64,000 bases of DNA, taken from positions 353,462,001-353,526,000 of the forward strand of contig NC_088791.1 in assembly GCF_011386835.1 (NCBI RefSeq), in the 5' to 3' direction. Source of the stretch: Chrysemys picta bellii. Its lineage: Eukaryota. Below the pieces are notes generated by a model. That model saw nothing but the letters and a program-made list of their open reading frames with translations. It was not told where the DNA came from and searched no databases. The position numbers were made by a program, and so were the translations under genes. Shown piece after piece: positions 59,319-64,000 of this stretch; positions within the stretch are counted from its first letter, which is position 1; each line of letters starts with the position of its first letter.

Positions 59319-61227
59319 TGTGATGGATTTCCCTGGGGTGCCACCTTGAACTGGGGGACCACTGACCACTCTGGCATACCGATCTGGGATCCATCTCGTA
59401 CTGTGATGCTGTGACATGCTGCAATCATCTCCAGCTCTTGCACTTACACAGCCATACACGGACAGGGACACACCCAGCTGCAGTTACATGACTGCTTTCA
59501 CTAGCCACTCATGAACCAACAAGAGAGGCTCCTGCCAATTTACCCTGGTTCTCCAGCCTAGGACCCCAGAGGTGTATCATCACGCCATGGTCAGAAGCCT
59601 GACCAGTGTAATTTATTACCCAGTCTCCCCCTCCCTCAATATGGAGAGGATAATCAGTCTTTGCAAATAAGATTGAATAACACCACCAAATCTTTTATCA
59701 CAGGTAGGGATTTCTCCAGATCAGTGGGTAGTGATCGATCTATCTGGGGTCGATTTATCGCATCTATTATAGACGTGATTAAATCAATCCCCGATCGCTC
59801 TGCCATCGATTCCAGTACTCTTGCGAGAGGTGGAAGCGGAGTCGACAGGGGAGCGGCAGCAGTCGATCCCGCGCCGTGAGGACGTGAGGTAAGTCAATCT
59901 AAGATACGTTGACATCAGCTATGCTATTCTCGTAGCTGAAGTTGCGTATATTAGATCGACACCGCCCCACAGTGTAGACCAGAGCTAAGTGTTTTTAGTT
60001 TACTACGTCTTCTGCTTGGGCAGTTTGTTTGTTCAATACCATTTGTGTCTTTCAACTCCTCCCTTAACCTTAGCATGTGTTTAGTTACTGGGTTTCCTTT
60101 TCCCTCAGTGTCCCTTTCAGTAGAGATCTCAGTCAAAGGTTATGTTTGGGGTATTGTTATTCCGGGCTCTGGTGAGATAAGGATGTAAGAGGACCTCTGT
60201 GGAGCTGCTTCCCAATCCCAGGGTTATACCCATGCAAAAAATCCACCAACACCTTTCTCTCCCTCTTTCCCCGGATCCCCATTCCCAGCACTTGGACCTT
60301 GCCCACCCCCACCCCCCTTTCCTAGCGGGTTGTGATCTGTGCTCTCTGGGATAAGAGATGTGTCTTCTCCAAGCAGCTCTTGCACAGCTGTTTTGTGTGT
60401 CTTACCAGCCCAAGGAATCACCTCTTCCCCTCGGTGTGACGTTTCATTAGCATTTTAACGAACAACTACCTCTTCAGTAGGATCTACAAAATCACAATCC
60501 GAGTTCTATAAACTAGACAGGATTTGAATCAAGCATTGTCTTACCCTGATGGTACAAACAGTTCACCAATCTTCCATACACATGCCTTGATTTCTCCTTG
60601 CCAGCCTGGGACCCCCTCCTCGGTCAAAGTCTTTTTCCTCTAACCATGTTCTCAGGTGTTGAGTAAGGTGGGGGAATGAGGCCAAGTGGTGATGTCACTT
60701 CCCCCTTTTATAATTTCTGCCATGTGGAGGGAACTTCATTGTCCCAAACAAAGATCCCAGCACCGTAAGTGGAAAACTACAGGCAGAGGATGGAGTCTAG
60801 TGTCAGATGAGATGATGAAATGATTTTGCATGCTTCAATGAGTCATAGCAGAGGCCATAACCCATAATCTGGCTAGAACGTCCACAAGAAAGTCCATCAG
60901 GTGGGGATAAATGTTTTCCATGGCCCATTGTGTTCTCTGATGGGCCATCAACTTGAATTGTCCATTCACAATGTGCTGGCTAGACTGGATGTAAACTACC
61001 TTGTGGGAACTACCACAGGAGCAAACACATTTGAAATACAGGCAGATAGTCAATATTGATAACTTCAGATACAAAAATGAGACATGCATACAAATAGGAT
61101 AATCATATTCAGCAAACCATAACATAGACACCTGAAATGACATATTTTATACTAGAATTGTTTCAATTATATAACAGTGGTTATTATGGGGATGCCAGGA
61201 TGTTGTTTTGGAGTACAGAGTGTCACA
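59319..61227 (-). mobile_element. Deleted Gypsy-type provirus / LTR mosaic (post-gene-4 unit)
   Basis: TGTGATGG start and TGTCACA end, homologous to 29208-31119 and 41332-44286. Confidence 0.65.
59706..59985. mobile_element. Harbinger-like MITE (same family as 15907-16126), left end lost
   Basis: Internal sequence similar to 15930-16110; right terminus AGTGTAGACCAGAGC followed by TAA. Confidence 0.7.
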
Positions 61228-61269
61228 ACAATATATCTATCAAATTAGAGCTCTCTGATATCTAAATTT

Positions 61270-61825
61270 GTATTTTTAAATAAGACATACAACCATGTAC
61301 AGAAAAAGACTACAATTCTGCTCTGTTCCACAGGAGAAAAGCAAGTTGAGGTACAGAGCAAAGGAAAATGAAAGAGTGTTTTCCCACTATCCATCACATG
61401 TGCAATATGTGACCCCCTGAAAATGTCCCTTTCACTTTCCTTGTTCAGCGATTATCACCTGCATTTGTCCAACCTCAACTTCACACACATTACTAGATGA
61501 ACAGATATATTGTCACAAAGGAACGTAGCCTCCTTCCAAACCGAGCACTGTCTGGATCTGTCTCTGGGAAGGTGCATAAAGGGGTCTGGTTGTATATTCG
61601 CAGTCTTGTTGTGTTACTGAAGTTTTGACACCCACATGATCACTGGCCATAGAGTGACATTTCTTCAAATGCCCACTACAGAATTTACCGGTCATTTTTT
61701 CTAGTAATGTTTCCCCAGTGAGAAAGCTGCCAAAAGTGACAGAGTTTATGGGGCCAGTTCTAGGTACAATATATCCTCACTCCTGATCTTGTGCTGCCCC
61801 TTGATTCGGAGCAGCTATTGGAGGC
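61270..61825 (+). pseudogene. Decayed class I OR pseudogene (third copy), cut by an LTR fragment at 61826
   Basis: Paralog of 31150-31790; retains the NKT sequon and SSLLILCCPLIRS (resembling DSLLILLSYVLIL). Confidence 0.5.
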
Positions 61826-63089
61826 TGTGATGGGTTGGTCCCCCCTTCTGGGATGCCACAAGATGTACTGGGGTTTCACTGAGCCCCTCCTGCTCCACCA
61901 GCCTGGATTCCCTCTCCCTGTTTTGCTGAATTAGGGATGAAACTCACTAGAACAGGGACTCCAGGCCTCTTCCATTTTGGGGACCACTTTCCAAGGGAGA
62001 GAAAAACCCTCTCCCGGCCCCAAAGCTGGCACTGCCTGGTTCAGGAAGCATTTCCTTCAGGGACCCCGGCTGGATCAGTCTGAGAACCAGAGCACTCCGG
62101 GAAACACCGAAGGTACAGGAGCCATATTTGGGTGAAGAGACCATCTTGTGGACACCTTTCCGCAGGTTTGTGATCACCCAGTCCCACTCTCCTTCCACTC
62201 ACAATCACCTGGCATCAATGGAGCAGCTCCAGGTTTGCTGTCACAGTCCTGCTCAAGCTCCTGTGGCTGGACACCCACCAGATGGCTGTGTTTGGAACCC
62301 ACATGCTGGATCCGTGTGTGCTTTTAAGCTTTCCTGAGTCTGAGTCATGTTCAAGCCCTGCTCTGGCTCTGGGTTTCTAGGCCCACTCTTGGAGTGCAGC
62401 TTCTATTCTAGCACCTCCCTCTGGGAGTGGAGACCTGCACGCCAAGACCCTGAGTCTACTTTCAGCCTGGCTCCCCCAGACACTCCAATTGGTTCAGCAC
62501 ACCCTTCCCAGAGCTTCCCCTTGGGCTCACTCTATTTCCAGTTTCTCTCTTTGGGGCACAGGATCGTTAAAGCAAACAGACCCAGGCTTTGAAAAGGAGG
62601 TGATAAAACAATTCCTCCCCTTTAGACAGCACAAGAGATACCCAGGTCTAGATAAACACAATACAATAGCTGCATGCCATTCCCTGCCTCAGTGTTCTCA
62701 CCACCCTGGAGCATTCTTTGGGATTTGGGTAGAGCCCTCTAAGGAGTCCAGAGCCACCTCCTGCAACTCATGGCTTCTCATCCAGCTGGAGACTGTCTCT
62801 CTGCTGCAGCCACAGCCCTGCAACCAAAGAATCCCCTCTCCTGCCCTTGTGCCTCTCTCCTACCCCAGCTTCTTCTGATTCATTCAGTCTGTGTGTTTCT
62901 AAAGGGCTAAACCAACTCCTCCTCTCTCTGTTCCCTCTTCTGGGGAAGTTCCATCCCTTCGACACCCTCCCCGTGCAGAGAAGGTGGAGGAAATTGGTTT
63001 TATCTAAAATGCAGTTACTCCTTTCTTCTAAAGAAAGTCTTTCATGATGAACCTATTTCATCATTGCTGATAGTCTTTAATGATGAACC

Positions 63090-64000
63090 TATTTATAGAC
63101 AGATGTCTCCACCCTGACTCTAGCAGCATGATTGATCCAAATTCAACCTTTAAAGGCACATTAGAGAAGTATGTAAATGGTAATTAGGGCCATTCCTTTT
63201 AAATAGTTAACGGAGCTGTGGTAAATGGACTAGAGTTTTGAAATGCAAATCTGTATTGTTAGAGAATTAGAGAGAATATTAATTGTATGCATTTACTTAC
63301 GTCTTGTTAGATGTTAACCATGTAAACAGATGGTTCCTCTCTGTTGCTATATCTGTCGCTTGAAAGATCAAAAGGAAATACTAACATTTAAATGAAACTT
63401 CGGTGTAATAATTTCATGGTTTATATTTCTCTTTGAAGTTTGTAGTAAACTTCTTATGAATTGCTGATGAATGGAACTAGTTACCTGTGTATACATAGGA
63501 AATAGGTAATTCTACTTGAAAGTTACTTTTCTTCACTATCATAGCCTGACAGTGGTCTATAAAAGAATTCTTGAGCCCTGATCCTATCATCTCAAATCTG
63601 CTTAAGCTTTATCATGGGAAGCTTGAGCCATAAGACTGTGGTCTCCTGTTCCATCCTGGATCACCCTGATATTGGACAGCAACCTATGAACTAATTATGA
63701 ATGAACTCTTTGCAACTCTAAAGCTCACCATCTCTATCATGAAACTGACTTGAGAACTCTATTCATGTCTGTATGTACAATGATCTTTTAACCAATACTC
63801 TCTCTTTAGAAGAATAGCAGGGTTGGAAGGGACTTCAGGAGGTCATCTAGTCCAACCCTCCCGCTCAAAACAGGACTAATCCCCAGATTTTTGCCCCAGA
63901 TCCCTAAATGGCCCCCTCAAGGATTGAACTCACAAGCCTGGGTTTAGGAGGCCAATGCTCAAATCACTGAGCTATCCCTCCCCCCTCTCTTTAACTAAAT
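63090..64000. mobile_element. Probable LTR-derived sequence
   Basis: Not homologous to the other units; TATAAAA near 63558. Resemblance to turtle ERV-type LTRs is from recall only. Confidence 0.35.
63809..63985 (-). mobile_element. tRNA-derived SINE
   Basis: A box TAGCTCAGTGA, B box GAGTTCAATCC, CR1-derived tail; 8-bp TSD TCTCTTTA at 63801-63808 and 63986-63993. Confidence 0.93.

Noticed and set aside
1-64000. CRISPR array, rRNA or prokaryotic system
   Set aside because: No regularly spaced short repeats, rRNA-like sequence or operon-like ORF density; the window is vertebrate repeat-rich DNA.

Overview
Vertebrate genomic DNA, almost certainly turtle (inferred from tRNA-headed SINEs with CR1-derived tails of the tortoise PolIII/SINE type, CR1 LINEs ending in 8-nt repeats, and Penelope-like elements). 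The window is part of a class I (OR52-like) olfactory receptor cluster built from a 13-15 kb tandem unit. It holds four intact single-exon OR ORFs on the minus strand (ATG at 10033, 23367, 38350, 51515) and one truncated OR pseudogene (430-674). A heavily decayed plus-strand OR pseudogene, invisible in the ORF track, is present in three units. Spacers are mostly mobile-element debris: a Gypsy-type provirus predating the duplications, solo LTRs, CR1 fragments, SINEs, hAT and Harbinger-like MITEs, and three Penelope-like fragments carrying minimal hammerhead-ribozyme motifs. The youngest duplication (27912-40013 / 40037-52814) has a readable junction with a 23-nt filler apparently templated from an LTR inside the unit. 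It appears to have placed a copy of gene 2's upstream block in front of gene 3. The four receptors differ in C-terminal tails (stop-loss frameshift) and in predicted ligand-pocket residues. I found no wholly new class of system; the findings are specific structural and evolutionary observations. All alignments were done by eye, and boundaries without a stated TSD are approximate.
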